NCBI GenBank assembly: GCA_016177845.1
Contig: JACOUO010000011.1
Coordinates: 128,326 to 192,325, forward strand
Source: Deltaproteobacteria bacterium
GTDB lineage: Bacteria; Desulfobacterota; GWC2-55-46
DNA: 64,000 nt
Reading direction: 5' to 3'
The position numbers were made by a program, and so were the translations under genes. Every line of letters begins with the position of its first letter. Within the stretch, counting starts at the first letter, position 1. The notes beneath the pieces are model-generated. The model saw nothing but the letters and a program-made list of their open reading frames with translations, ran no database searches and had not been told where the DNA came from. Positions 28,812-37,546 of the stretch are shown here, in pieces.

Positions 28812-29722
28812 AACTGAAAACTTCTGAAAAAGGGCTCGCTTTAATCACAACGCTCCTTATTACGGCTATACTTGTAACCATTGTAGCTGAATTTATATTT
28901 AAGACTTATGTATCAACCGCCCGTGCGGCAAATTACAAGGACAGCGCCCGCGCAGCCCTTGTTGCTGAGGACGGTGTCATTATTGCCAAGGCAGGCCTTG
29001 AGGAACTGCTGAAGAGAAGGCCCAATCTAAATATCGAAGAGGATGGCCTGAAGATGAGCCGCCCTGTAGGGGACGACCTGACTGTTGATATCAGGATAGT
29101 GGATGAAAAAGGCAAGGCATCGCTTTTTATAGTGTACCCCAAAACAGGGCTTTCAAATGAGAGGGCGGAAGGAAGTTACATAAGGCTCTTAAAAAACCTC
29201 TCCCTTGATGAACACCTGAAGGACACATTGGCTGATTGGATAGATTCTGATAACGATGTGCGGCACTACGGGGCTGAGGCAAATGATTATTACCGGCAAT
29301 TGAGGGCCCCGTACAGTCCGAGGAATAACTACCCGGACAGCGTTGATGAGCTTCTTATGGTCAAGGACTATACGAAAGAGGGGTTTGAGAAGATAAGCCC
29401 GTTTGTGACTGTCTATAATCAGGACGGGCTTATTAACATAAATACCGCCCCCAAAGAGGTCTTAATGTCATTGTCAGATGATATGACACCGGAGCTGGCT
29501 GAAAAAATAATATCCTTTCGAAAGGGTTCACCCTTAAAGGACAGGTCAGAGATAATGAAAGTGCCCGGCTTTGAGACTATCGGCTTCAGCCTTCAGGACA
29601 AGATAACCGTCTCCAGCAATATCTTCAGGATATATTCGAGGGCAAGGGCAGGGGACGCTGTGCGCGAGGCAGAGGCTGTAGTAAGGACGGGCGGAGGCAT
29701 TATCTACTGGAGAGAGATGTAG
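28808..29722 (+). CDS. gspK: Minor pseudopilin K
   Basis: G|LALITTL, DWIDSD, GAE..YY, ININTAP. Confidence 0.9.
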   Translation: MKLKTSEKGLALITTLLITAILVTIVAEFIFKTYVSTARAANYKDSARAALVAEDGVIIAKAGLEELLKRRPNLNIEEDGLKMSRPVGDDLTVDIRIVDEKGKASLFIVYPKTGLSNERAEGSYIRLLKNLSLDEHLKDTLADWIDSDNDVRHYGAEANDYYRQLRAPYSPRNNYPDSVDELLMVKDYTKEGFEKISPFVTVYNQDGLININTAPKEVLMSLSDDMTPELAEKIISFRKGSPLKDRSEIMKVPGFETIGFSLQDKITVSSNIFRIYSRARAGDAVREAEAVVRTGGGIIYWREM

Positions 29723-29723
29723 G

Positions 29724-31079
29724 ATGGCTATCCTTATACTGGATATAGGAAGCGAAACAGTGAGGGCAGGGCTTTTTTCCCAGAAGCTTGAGCCCGCAGG
29801 TTTCTTTACTGCCCCGATACACGCCGGACGCAACGGGTCTATTTCTGTCAAAGAAGAGGTAAAGGGAGCGCTTGAATCGCTCTTTACCTCAATTAAAAGC
29901 ATGGGCAAGGCATTTGAGAGCTTTGAGAAAGTCCTTGTCAGCATTCCGCCTTCCGACATGAGCATCAGGATAGTCACAGTGCCTTTCGAGGACAGGAGAA
30001 AGATAGGCGAGGTGCTGCCCTTTGAGCTTGCGGGGCTCCTTCATATGGATATCGAGGAGATGGAGGTTGATTCTATCCCGCTTGGCGAAAATAAGGTGCT
30101 GGCCATCGCAATCGAGAAAAAAATAATCCGCGAGTATCTTGAGATATTGAATGAATCAGGGATTGACCCGGCCTGGGTAGGTTCTTCCCTGTTTTCCTTG
30201 CCGGTTCTTCTTAAAGAGCTCTATCCTTTGCCCGGCATTAAGGCGTTTATCGCGAGGGATTCACTCAGCGTCTCTGAGGACGGTAATCCTAAGTTCTTCA
30301 AGCCCATTAAAAGGATTGACGGAATCAGGCTTGGGCTTGCCTATCTTGACGCAGAGAATATACGGATAAACGAGGCCTATGCAACAGGATGGGACCTCGA
30401 TGACCTGAGGGTGTTGATGCCTGATGTGAAGATTGAAGAATTGATGCTTCCGGCTGGCTACCCTTCGGACGGGGCAGGAATATACGCCCTTTCACTCGTG
30501 TTAAGGAACGGCACGCTTGGGGAGACTATCAACTTCAGAAAGGGCGAGTTCGAATATACGAAGGAGAAGGCGCACCTGAGGCGTTATGCGAGGATTACGG
30601 CGATTGTCTTAGGCATAATACTGCTCATGATAATCGGCGACCTTTATATAAGGTATCTTGGAATGAAAAAGGAGTTTAACGCCTACAATGACACGCTTAA
30701 GACATCTTATCAGCAGCTCTTTCCCAATGAGAAGAATACAGGGGATGAGGTCTATCAGCTTGAGGCAAAGCTAAAGGCCCTTGATAAGGAGGCTGATGTT
30801 GTAGGGGGAGGGGTAAGCGCACTTAAGATAATGAACGGGATTGCAAATGCCTCTGCTGACGGCCATAGGTTTAAGATATTTGAGCTGTCGATAAGCGGCG
30901 GCAGGGTCAAGGCAAGGGGAGAGGCTGATTCGTTTGAAGGGGCAAATAAACTGAAAGAGGCGTTATCCAAAGACCCTCTTTTTAAAGAGGCTTCAGTATC
31001 GGACATCAAGGCCAAGCCCGGCGGAGGAACCTCCTTCAGCCTCAATCTCACTCTGAACAAGGCGGCTTATGGACTATAG
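29724..31079 (+). CDS. gspL: Type II secretion protein L (PilM/PilN-like)
   Basis: LDIGSETV actin-like start, INFRKGEF, single TM, periplasmic ferredoxin-like domain. Confidence 0.82.
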   Translation: MAILILDIGSETVRAGLFSQKLEPAGFFTAPIHAGRNGSISVKEEVKGALESLFTSIKSMGKAFESFEKVLVSIPPSDMSIRIVTVPFEDRRKIGEVLPFELAGLLHMDIEEMEVDSIPLGENKVLAIAIEKKIIREYLEILNESGIDPAWVGSSLFSLPVLLKELYPLPGIKAFIARDSLSVSEDGNPKFFKPIKRIDGIRLGLAYLDAENIRINEAYATGWDLDDLRVLMPDVKIEELMLPAGYPSDGAGIYALSLVLRNGTLGETINFRKGEFEYTKEKAHLRRYARITAIVLGIILLMIIGDLYIRYLGMKKEFNAYNDTLKTSYQQLFPNEKNTGDEVYQLEAKLKALDKEADVVGGGVSALKIMNGIANASADGHRFKIFELSISGGRVKARGEADSFEGANKLKEALSKDPLFKEASVSDIKAKPGGGTSFSLNLTLNKAAYGL

Positions 31080-31623
31080 GGATGTGCTCAAATATAAGGA
31101 GTATTTCAAAGGCGGGCTTGACAGGCAAAAGGCAAAGCGGCTTGCCATTCTTGCCGTTATCCCTGTTCTCATTCTCATCCTCGGCTATACTGCCGTTTAC
31201 AGGTACACTACCATAAGGAGGGGCGCCGCGCTAAAGGCTGAAGATGTCAAAAGATTTAAGGCCCTTGAGCAGGAGTACCTTGTTAAAAAAGCGGCTGTTG
31301 ATTCCATCTCCAGAAAGGCATTGGCCGACCCCGGAATCTCTACCGTATCCCTGCTTGAGAATATCGGAAGCAGGATAGGGGTGAAGAACAAAATTACCTC
31401 AATAAATCCTGTTGGGGAAACTGAAAGGCTCGGCTATACCGAAAGGGAGTTTGAGATTAAGATAGACGGGATTGACTTAAATCAGCTTGTTAATCTGCTC
31501 TACCAGACAGAGAACAATACATCTTTGCTCGTAGTCAGGGAATTTTCAATGAAGAGCAGGTTCGAAAACCCCGACCTTCTTGACATAAGCCTTAAGCTGT
31601 CCCACATTACAAAGCAGGGCTGA
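31069..31623 (+). CDS. gspM: Type II secretion protein M
   Basis: One TM, QLVNLLYQ.E motif, follows gspL. Confidence 0.75.
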   Translation: MDYRDVLKYKEYFKGGLDRQKAKRLAILAVIPVLILILGYTAVYRYTTIRRGAALKAEDVKRFKALEQEYLVKKAAVDSISRKALADPGISTVSLLENIGSRIGVKNKITSINPVGETERLGYTEREFEIKIDGIDLNQLVNLLYQTENNTSLLVVREFSMKSRFENPDLLDISLKLSHITKQG

Positions 31624-31626
31624 TTT

Positions 31627-32400
31627 TCAGAGCTTTCTGAACTGGCGCATGATAAGCGTTGAAAGGAATATCAGGGAGCTTATCAGGATAAAGACAGGCC
31701 CCGGTGAAAGTGAATAGGTGTGCGAGAAGTATATCCCGAAAACCGCTGCTATCACTCCAAAGAATACGCTCCCTGCCATAAAAGCGGTAAGGCTTCTTGC
31801 GATATTTTTTGCTGAAGCTGCCGGGATTATGACAAGAGAGCCCATCAGAAGCGCCCCTACAAAGCGAATCCCCAAGGCGACCGCAAGTGCGAAGCTTAAG
31901 AGGAAAATGAACTCCAGCCTTTTATTATTTATCCCAATGGACTGGGCTATCTCCTGGGAAACCATGTTCAGCGTAAGTTTTTTATAGATTGAAAGAATAG
32001 CGGCTATGAGTATTGCCGAGAGCAGGATTGAGGCCAGTGACTCCTGAATAGTGAGGTCGGTGATATTGCCGAAAAGCGCTTCAATCAGGTCGTGCTCAGG
32101 CATTATGAGCGCACCTATGGCAAGGCTTGCCGTAAAGAATACGCCTACAATGGTCTCAAGAGAAAGCGAACTCCTGTACTCTATAATCCAGATGCCGCAG
32201 ACAGTGAATACAAGAAAGCTTATGGCCCCGATAAAGGGGTCGAATTTGAAAAGTATGGCAAGGGCCATTCCGGGCAATGCCACATGGGAGAGCGCGTCGC
32301 CGACAAGGGCCATCCTCTTTAAAATGGCAAACGAGCCGAGAAGGCTCGCGCTTGCCGCCACAAAGGCGGCAACTATCAAGGGCAGTATTATATCTTGCAT
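31627..32400 (-). CDS. znuB: Zn/Mn-type metal ABC transporter permease
   Basis: RMALVGDALSHVALPG, LFGNI, VGALL..SL.IIPAA. Confidence 0.85.
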   Translation of the reverse strand: MQDIILPLIVAAFVAASASLLGSFAILKRMALVGDALSHVALPGMALAILFKFDPFIGAISFLVFTVCGIWIIEYRSSLSLETIVGVFFTASLAIGALIMPEHDLIEALFGNITDLTIQESLASILLSAILIAAILSIYKKLTLNMVSQEIAQSIGINNKRLEFIFLLSFALAVALGIRFVGALLMGSLVIIPAASAKNIARSLTAFMAGSVFFGVIAAVFGIYFSHTYSLSPGPVFILISSLIFLSTLIMRQFRKL

Positions 32401-32401
32401 G

Positions 32402-33094
32402 TTATGTTTTGTGGTTGTGCTGGAAAAACGCTTTTTCTCCGCCGTAAAGCGCCATGAGCTGCTCTGTGCTCAGCACATCCTTCGGAGAGCCGAAGCAGAG
32501 ATTTTTCCTGTTTATGCAAAGTACCGTTGCCGCATGCCTGTAGACGACATTGAGGTCATGGGAGACGAGGATAATGGTAAGCCCAAGGTTCTTCTGAAGA
32601 TGGTAGAGCATCTTGTAGATTGATTCCTGGCCGGCAATGTCTATGTCAGCCGTAGGCTCATCAAAGAGGAGGACATCAGGGGTGCTGAGCACTGCCCAGG
32701 CCACAAGGACCCTTTGCCTCTGTCCTATTGATATCTCGCCAAAGCCCTTCTTCAATATTTTTGGCTCAAGCTGGACAAACTCCAGAACCTCGGCAATCTT
32801 CTTGTCCGTAGCAGATATCCCTCGTAAATGGAAGAATTCCTTTACCGTAAGAGGCACATCGGTCTCTATATCCATCCTCTGAGGCACATATCCTGTTTTG
32901 ATGCCGCGCTGCCAGCTGATTGTGCCTTTATAAGGCACAAGCCCTATAAGTGTCTTTAAAAGCACGGTCTTGCCTGCCCCGTTAGGGCCTATAATGGCAA
33001 GCACCTCGCTTTTATTGACATCGAAATTAAGGTCTTCGAGTATCCTGTTCCCGTTGATCTCTATATTAAGATTTTTGACTTCAAGTATTTTCAT
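32402..33094 (-). CDS. znuC: Zn/Mn-type metal ABC transporter ATPase (start re-assigned to MKILEV)
   Basis: GPNGAGKT, GYVPQ, LLFDEP, VSHDL, His-containing C-terminal tail; signature reads ISIGQ. Confidence 0.85.
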   Translation of the reverse strand: MKILEVKNLNIEINGNRILEDLNFDVNKSEVLAIIGPNGAGKTVLLKTLIGLVPYKGTISWQRGIKTGYVPQRMDIETDVPLTVKEFFHLRGISATDKKIAEVLEFVQLEPKILKKGFGEISIGQRQRVLVAWAVLSTPDVLLFDEPTADIDIAGQESIYKMLYHLQKNLGLTIILVSHDLNVVYRHAATVLCINRKNLCFGSPKDVLSTEQLMALYGGEKAFFQHNHKT

Positions 33095-33168
33095 GGAATT
33101 TTTAAATATGCAATATTCCCGGCTGCCGGTCAAGAAATTTGTATTTTTTGCGGCGCAGGGGGATTGAT

Positions 33169-33202
33169 TCTAATCTTCTTTTAATCTTCAGGACCTTAGA
33201 AT
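33169..33202 (+). promoter_or_regulatory. Direct-repeat activator box (OmpR/QseB/PmrA-like) plus -10, copy 1
   Basis: TCTAAT-CTTCT-TTTAAT-CTTC, 7 nt, TAGAAT; 21 bp identical to 36708-36728. Confidence 0.65.
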
Positions 33203-33267
33203 GTTTACATAAATTGCAACACTTAAAAGTATATCAGAAATCCTGCATTCAAAATGGAAAGGGTACT

Positions 33268-33360
33268 ATGGAAAAAAAGATAAAAGCTTTTGATATGTTC
33301 TCAATTTTCATGTTCATATTGAGTGTTGCTGCCTTTGCCGCTGAAATAGCCCTGACCTAA
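33268..33360 (+). CDS. 30-aa hydrophobic micro-protein
   Basis: MEKKIKAFDMFSIFMFILSVAAFAAEIALT; purine-rich GGAAAGGG before ATG; downstream of the box promoter. Confidence 0.5.
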   Translation: MEKKIKAFDMFSIFMFILSVAAFAAEIALT

Positions 33361-33385
33361 AATTTTTTTGCTCAATGGTTTAAAA

Positions 33386-33419
33386 ATTATTTGAGTCTTA
33401 ACCCTCCATGTCTTAGAAT
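33386..33419 (+). promoter_or_regulatory. Degenerate copy of the direct-repeat box plus -10, before the cytochrome operon
   Basis: ATTATT-TGAGT-CTTAAC-CCTC, 7 nt, TAGAAT; same geometry, weaker first half-site. Confidence 0.4.
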
Positions 33420-33445
33420 CTCCATGTAAGGTGGAGATAATTTAA

Positions 33446-34600
33446 ATGAAAATCAAAGTTTGGGATATACCGACCCGTATGTTCCACTGGCTTCTTGTGG
33501 GTGCATACATCGGCGCTTTTTTTACATCTGAGAGCGAATGGTACCTTGAATATCATACCGTCGCGGGCTATATAGCTTTTGGTCTTGTAAGTTTCCGTAT
33601 TCTTTGGGGTTTCAGCGGTAATAAATACGCTCGTTTTTCGGATTTTGTAAAGGGATGGGCCCCTGTTAAGGACTATATAGCCAAAACAGCCCGTCTAAAG
33701 CCGCCGAGGTATCTTGGGCATAATCCTGCCGTAGGCTGGGTCGTTCTTTTCATGCTTTTACTGACCGCTGCCATTACAGTATCAGGCATTATTACCTATT
33801 CCGGGGAAGAGGGCAGGGGCATTTTCTCTTCCTATTTCAGCTATGAGACAGCCGTTTATGCCGAAACGGTCCATCTCTTCCTGACAAAATTTGTTATACT
33901 GATGATAGTGGTGCATGTCTGCGCCGCTCTCTTTCATGATTTTATTTTAAAGGAAAACATAATACTGTCCATGGTAACCGGCACAAAGGAAGATGCCGAG
34001 TCATGGCAGGAGAGGGTGTCGCACCTTAAGCCCGATGAAGGGCGCTCAGCCTTAAGGCTTGGGGTATGGGTCTTTGTCGCCGTGATGGGCGGGCTTGGGC
34101 TTATTTACCTCCCACCCGAAGGGGAAAAAAGCGCCTCCGAGCTTGGGCCGCCTAAGATTATAGATGAAAAAGGCGTTTCAGTGGAATTTACGCCCAATGA
34201 GACATGGAAGGCTGAATGCGCCGCATCATGCCATAACGCATTCCACCCGACACTGCTCCCGGCCCGGTCGTGGAATAAGCTCTCTGAAGGCTTAAGCGAC
34301 CACTTCGGGGATGATGTTACCCTTGACGATGATACAAAAAAGGAGATTTTCGATTACCTTATGGCCTCTTCAGCCGAGCATTCGACCTCAGAGGCTTCGA
34401 CAAAGATACTGCGCTCAATAAAAAAGGGTGATGTTCCGATAAGGATTACTGAGGTGCCGTACTGGAAGGTGAAACATTCTGAAATTAAAGAAGAGGTCTT
34501 CGCCAAAAAGTCTGTTGTAAGCAAAAGTAATTGCGTGGCCTGCCATCCTGGTTCCGAGGTAGGCTCATTCGAAGATAAAGATATACGAATTCCGAATTAA
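33446..34600 (+). CDS. Cytochrome b (Ni-hydrogenase b-type) fused to dihaem cytochrome c
   Basis: VWD.PTR.FHW, RILWGF.G..YARF, GHNP; C-terminal CAASCH..P.LLPARSW, HFG, CVACH. Confidence 0.9.
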   Translation: MKIKVWDIPTRMFHWLLVGAYIGAFFTSESEWYLEYHTVAGYIAFGLVSFRILWGFSGNKYARFSDFVKGWAPVKDYIAKTARLKPPRYLGHNPAVGWVVLFMLLLTAAITVSGIITYSGEEGRGIFSSYFSYETAVYAETVHLFLTKFVILMIVVHVCAALFHDFILKENIILSMVTGTKEDAESWQERVSHLKPDEGRSALRLGVWVFVAVMGGLGLIYLPPEGEKSASELGPPKIIDEKGVSVEFTPNETWKAECAASCHNAFHPTLLPARSWNKLSEGLSDHFGDDVTLDDDTKKEIFDYLMASSAEHSTSEASTKILRSIKKGDVPIRITEVPYWKVKHSEIKEEVFAKKSVVSKSNCVACHPGSEVGSFEDKDIRIPN

Positions 34601-34614
34601 AAAGGGAGGTTTCA

Positions 34615-35043
34615 ATGAGGAGGAAAATATCTTACCTGCTGGCGCTTGCCGTTTCCATAACTGCTATTGGGACTGGCAGCGCTGATGCAGCCACAAAGCT
34701 CAATCCGCAGATGCAGGCGCTTGTGGATTCATACCAGAAGGAAGCAGGGGTAAAGGCATTCAGCGCAGACGAAGGTAAGAAATTGTTCATGTCAAAGAGA
34801 ATGCACTCGGTAAAGAAAGAGGAGCGCTCATGTACGACATGCCATACTACTAATCCTGCCCAGACAGGCAAGACCGTAGTCGGCAAACCCATTGACCCGA
34901 TTTCCCCTGCGGTTACAAAAGACAGGTTCACGGACCCTAAAAAGGTCGAGAAGTGGTTTAAGAGGAACTGTGAGTGGGTGCTTGAGAGGGAATGCACGCC
35001 CAAGGAAAAGGGCGATTACATTACATTTATGACATCATTATAA
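34615..35043 (+). CDS. shp: Sphaeroides haem protein (SHP/DUF1924) c-type cytochrome
   Basis: Signal peptide, CTTCH, RFTD..KVEKWF.RNC..VL.RECT..EK. Confidence 0.88.
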   Translation: MRRKISYLLALAVSITAIGTGSADAATKLNPQMQALVDSYQKEAGVKAFSADEGKKLFMSKRMHSVKKEERSCTTCHTTNPAQTGKTVVGKPIDPISPAVTKDRFTDPKKVEKWFKRNCEWVLERECTPKEKGDYITFMTSL

Positions 35044-35068
35044 TTATGTAATCTGAAAGGAGACGGAG

Positions 35069-35611
35069 ATGGTACTCAGAAAGACGATAATACCCTTTTT
35101 AGCGGCAGGGTTAATGTTAACCGGGCTTGTCGCAGGCACCGGGTTTGCCGATGAAGATCACAGAGAGAGAGGTGAGAGGCATAGCAGGTATATGCCCAAA
35201 GTCGCTGAAAACGCTACTTACAAACAGGAGTGCTCATCCTGCCATTTCCTTTATCTGCCGGGGCTGCTGCCTGCCCGTTCATGGGAAGCGGTAATGAATA
35301 ACTCCGATAAGCACTTTGGCGAGAACCTTGGGCTTGATGAGAATACCAAAAAGGAGATTACTTCCTTCCTTAAGAATAATTCGGCTGAAAGGACCGATAC
35401 AGAGTGGTCTAATAAGATAATGAGGAGTGTTGGTTCGGCTACCCCGGAGAGGATTACCGAAGTGCCCTGGATAAAAAAGGAGCACAGAAGGATTAAACCT
35501 GAGGTATTCCAGAGGCCTTCCATAGGAAGCTTCTCAAACTGCGGCGCATGCCATACGCAGGGCGCACAGGGAAATTTTGAGGAAGACGCGGTTTCAATCC
35601 CGAAGAAATAA
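35069..35611 (+). CDS. Soluble dihaem cytochrome c (DHC)
   Basis: Signal peptide, CSSCH..Y.P.LLPARSW, HFGE, RITE.PW, CGACH. Confidence 0.9.
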   Translation: MVLRKTIIPFLAAGLMLTGLVAGTGFADEDHRERGERHSRYMPKVAENATYKQECSSCHFLYLPGLLPARSWEAVMNNSDKHFGENLGLDENTKKEITSFLKNNSAERTDTEWSNKIMRSVGSATPERITEVPWIKKEHRRIKPEVFQRPSIGSFSNCGACHTQGAQGNFEEDAVSIPKK

Positions 35612-35630
35612 TCTGCTAATATTTAAATTA

Positions 35631-35773
35631 TGGAAGCTCTGATTAATTCTCGTTTCTGCTGTCATTGCGAGAAGTGAAACGACGAAGCAATCGCTAACTG
35701 CTTGATTTACCTGAAAACGAGATTGCTTCGCTGCGCTCGCAAAGACTACTCAATGAATTAATCAGAGGTTCCA
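35631..35773. mobile_element. MITE-like element: terminal inverted repeats enclosing a REP-like palindrome
   Basis: TGGAAGCTCTGATTAATTC ... GAATTAATCAGAGGTTCCA (19 bp, 1 mismatch) around GTCATTGCGAG..GAAGCAATC..GATTGCTTCG..CTCGCAAAGAC. Confidence 0.6.
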
Positions 35774-35790
35774 AGGGGTTGCCCTTTTTT

Positions 35791-36513
35791 TTAAGTAAGT
35801 TTCTTAAGTATTGCCACCTTTATGCCTGTATTTTCAAAATGCGGCAGGAGTATTAAAGGGTTTTCTTTCCTTGTATAGAACTTCGGGTCCTTGGAGAAGA
35901 ATATATCACCTTTGACCTTGGGTTCGGGCTCATCTACAGGGGTGTAGTGAACCGGTATGAATAGAGCAGGGCTTATCACTTTTACCGCCTTTATTATTTC
36001 TTTTGTGTCGATTGCATAGGCGTTATCGCATATCGGAAGTATCGCTACATCCACCCCCTTAAGGGCTTCCATCTCAGCTATGTTGGTAGTATCTCCCGAA
36101 AAGTATATCTTCTGAGTGCCTGTTTCGATAAGGAATCCGCAGCCTTCGCCTTTCATGTGAAACCCTCTTGGCGTATACGCCTCGGTGCCTGTTACCTTTG
36201 CCTGTCCGAAGTCAACGGTCTGCCCTACCTTTATAGTCCTTACTCCTTTTATGTCCTGAACGCAGTATTTTAAATAGCTCTCGTGAAATGCCGCTACCTT
36301 TGTGTTTTCATCCCTTATCGGGCTTATGAACTCCGGCAGGCAGTGGTCAACATGGTGGTGTGTTATAAGGACGAGATCAGCCCTTGGCGGATTGGCGTCA
36401 AGCATGACAGGGTCCGTATAGATAATGTAGCCGTCAGCGGTTGTGATGCGCATTGTGGATTGCCCAAGCCACTCATATTTTATGCCGTTAAAAACGATGC
36501 TTTTGTCTTCCAT
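35791..36513 (-). CDS. Metallo-beta-lactamase-fold hydrolase
   Basis: WLGQS, TDP, THHHVDH, YFSGDT, IPVHY. Confidence 0.88.
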   Translation of the reverse strand: MEDKSIVFNGIKYEWLGQSTMRITTADGYIIYTDPVMLDANPPRADLVLITHHHVDHCLPEFISPIRDENTKVAAFHESYLKYCVQDIKGVRTIKVGQTVDFGQAKVTGTEAYTPRGFHMKGEGCGFLIETGTQKIYFSGDTTNIAEMEALKGVDVAILPICDNAYAIDTKEIIKAVKVISPALFIPVHYTPVDEPEPKVKGDIFFSKDPKFYTRKENPLILLPHFENTGIKVAILKKLT

Positions 36514-36707
36514 TCCTTTTTATCCTCCGGGCTATATAAAAGTAGAGTACCTTACGGGCAAATCACCAATTGAATCTTAACAGATGGAAAACCTTAAGCA
36601 AATGATAATTGTTAAAAAATATAAAAATTAAAAAATTGCAGTATAAACATACGGTTACGAAAAATTGACTTGATTTTAAATCGTTCAAAATGGTACTCCT
36701 ATGTACC

Positions 36708-36740
36708 TCTAATCTTCTTTTAATCTTCTGATTGTAAAAT
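36708..36740 (+). promoter_or_regulatory. Direct-repeat activator box plus -10, copy 2
   Basis: TCTAATCTTCTTTTAATCTTC, 6 nt, TAAAAT; upstream of the TlpA gene. Confidence 0.65.
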
Positions 36741-36778
36741 TGTCTGACGAACAACCATTAAAAGAGAGGTCTTAATCT

Positions 36779-37276
36779 ATGAGACTGAAAATAGCTTTGG
36801 CACTTATTTTCATGTTTTGTCTTGCTCCGCTTTCATGGGCAGGCATCACCAACCAAAAGGCTCCTGATTTCAACCTGCAGGACTTAAACGGCAAGACTGT
36901 TACCCTTGAGAGCCTCAAAGGCAAGGTCGTTTTCGTGGATTTCTGGGCAAGCTGGTGCCCTCCGTGCAAAAAGGAACTGCCTGAGCTCAATAAGCTTATG
37001 GATAAGTATAAAGACTCTGATGTTGTAGTGGCGGCGATAAATGTAGATAAGAACAAAGCGCAGGCTGCGGATTTTGTCTCAAAGGTGCCGAACCTTTCCA
37101 AAAAGATGGTTATCCTTCATGATGCCGATTCATTGGTTATCTCGGCTTACAAGGCTAAGGCAATGCCGACATCTTTCGTGCTCGATAAGAACGGTGTTAT
37201 ACGCTATGTGCATTTCGGATATCAGGAGACAGACCCGTTCGCGTGGGTGGATGAGATAAACAAGCTTTTGAAGTGA
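36779..37276 (+). CDS. TlpA/ResA-like periplasmic thioredoxin
   Basis: Signal peptide, APDF.L, DFWASWCPPCKKELP, AMPTSF. Confidence 0.92.
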   Translation: MRLKIALALIFMFCLAPLSWAGITNQKAPDFNLQDLNGKTVTLESLKGKVVFVDFWASWCPPCKKELPELNKLMDKYKDSDVVVAAINVDKNKAQAADFVSKVPNLSKKMVILHDADSLVISAYKAKAMPTSFVLDKNGVIRYVHFGYQETDPFAWVDEINKLLK

Positions 37277-37306
37277 TTCCCGGGCATGGTGCCCGAGGAC
37301 TTTTGA

Positions 37307-37546
37307 ATGAAAAAGGAGAGAAGAGCCGTGAAGACCGTATTTTGGGCATTGGCGCTTTGTTTGGTTTTGGGCGCGGCAACAGGATGCGCAAGGGTCAAGC
37401 CTTGGGAAAGGGAGTATCTGGCTAAACCCATAATGCAATATGATTACAACAAAGAAGAAAAAGCTGTCAGGGAGCATTTCCTGGGCACCCGTGAAGGCAG
37501 TGCCGGCAGCTTCGGCGTAAGCGGAGGTGGCTGTGGCTGCAATTAA
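37307..37546 (+). CDS. DUF4266 lipoprotein
   Basis: Lipobox ATGC, VKPWERE.LA, REGS.G...GGGCGCN. Confidence 0.88.
   Translation: MKKERRAVKTVFWALALCLVLGAATGCARVKPWEREYLAKPIMQYDYNKEEKAVREHFLGTREGSAGSFGVSGGGCGCN

Noticed and set aside
33164..33177. FNR box (TTGAT-N4-ATCTT)
   Set aside because: Two mismatches in one half-site; better explained by the overlapping direct-repeat box
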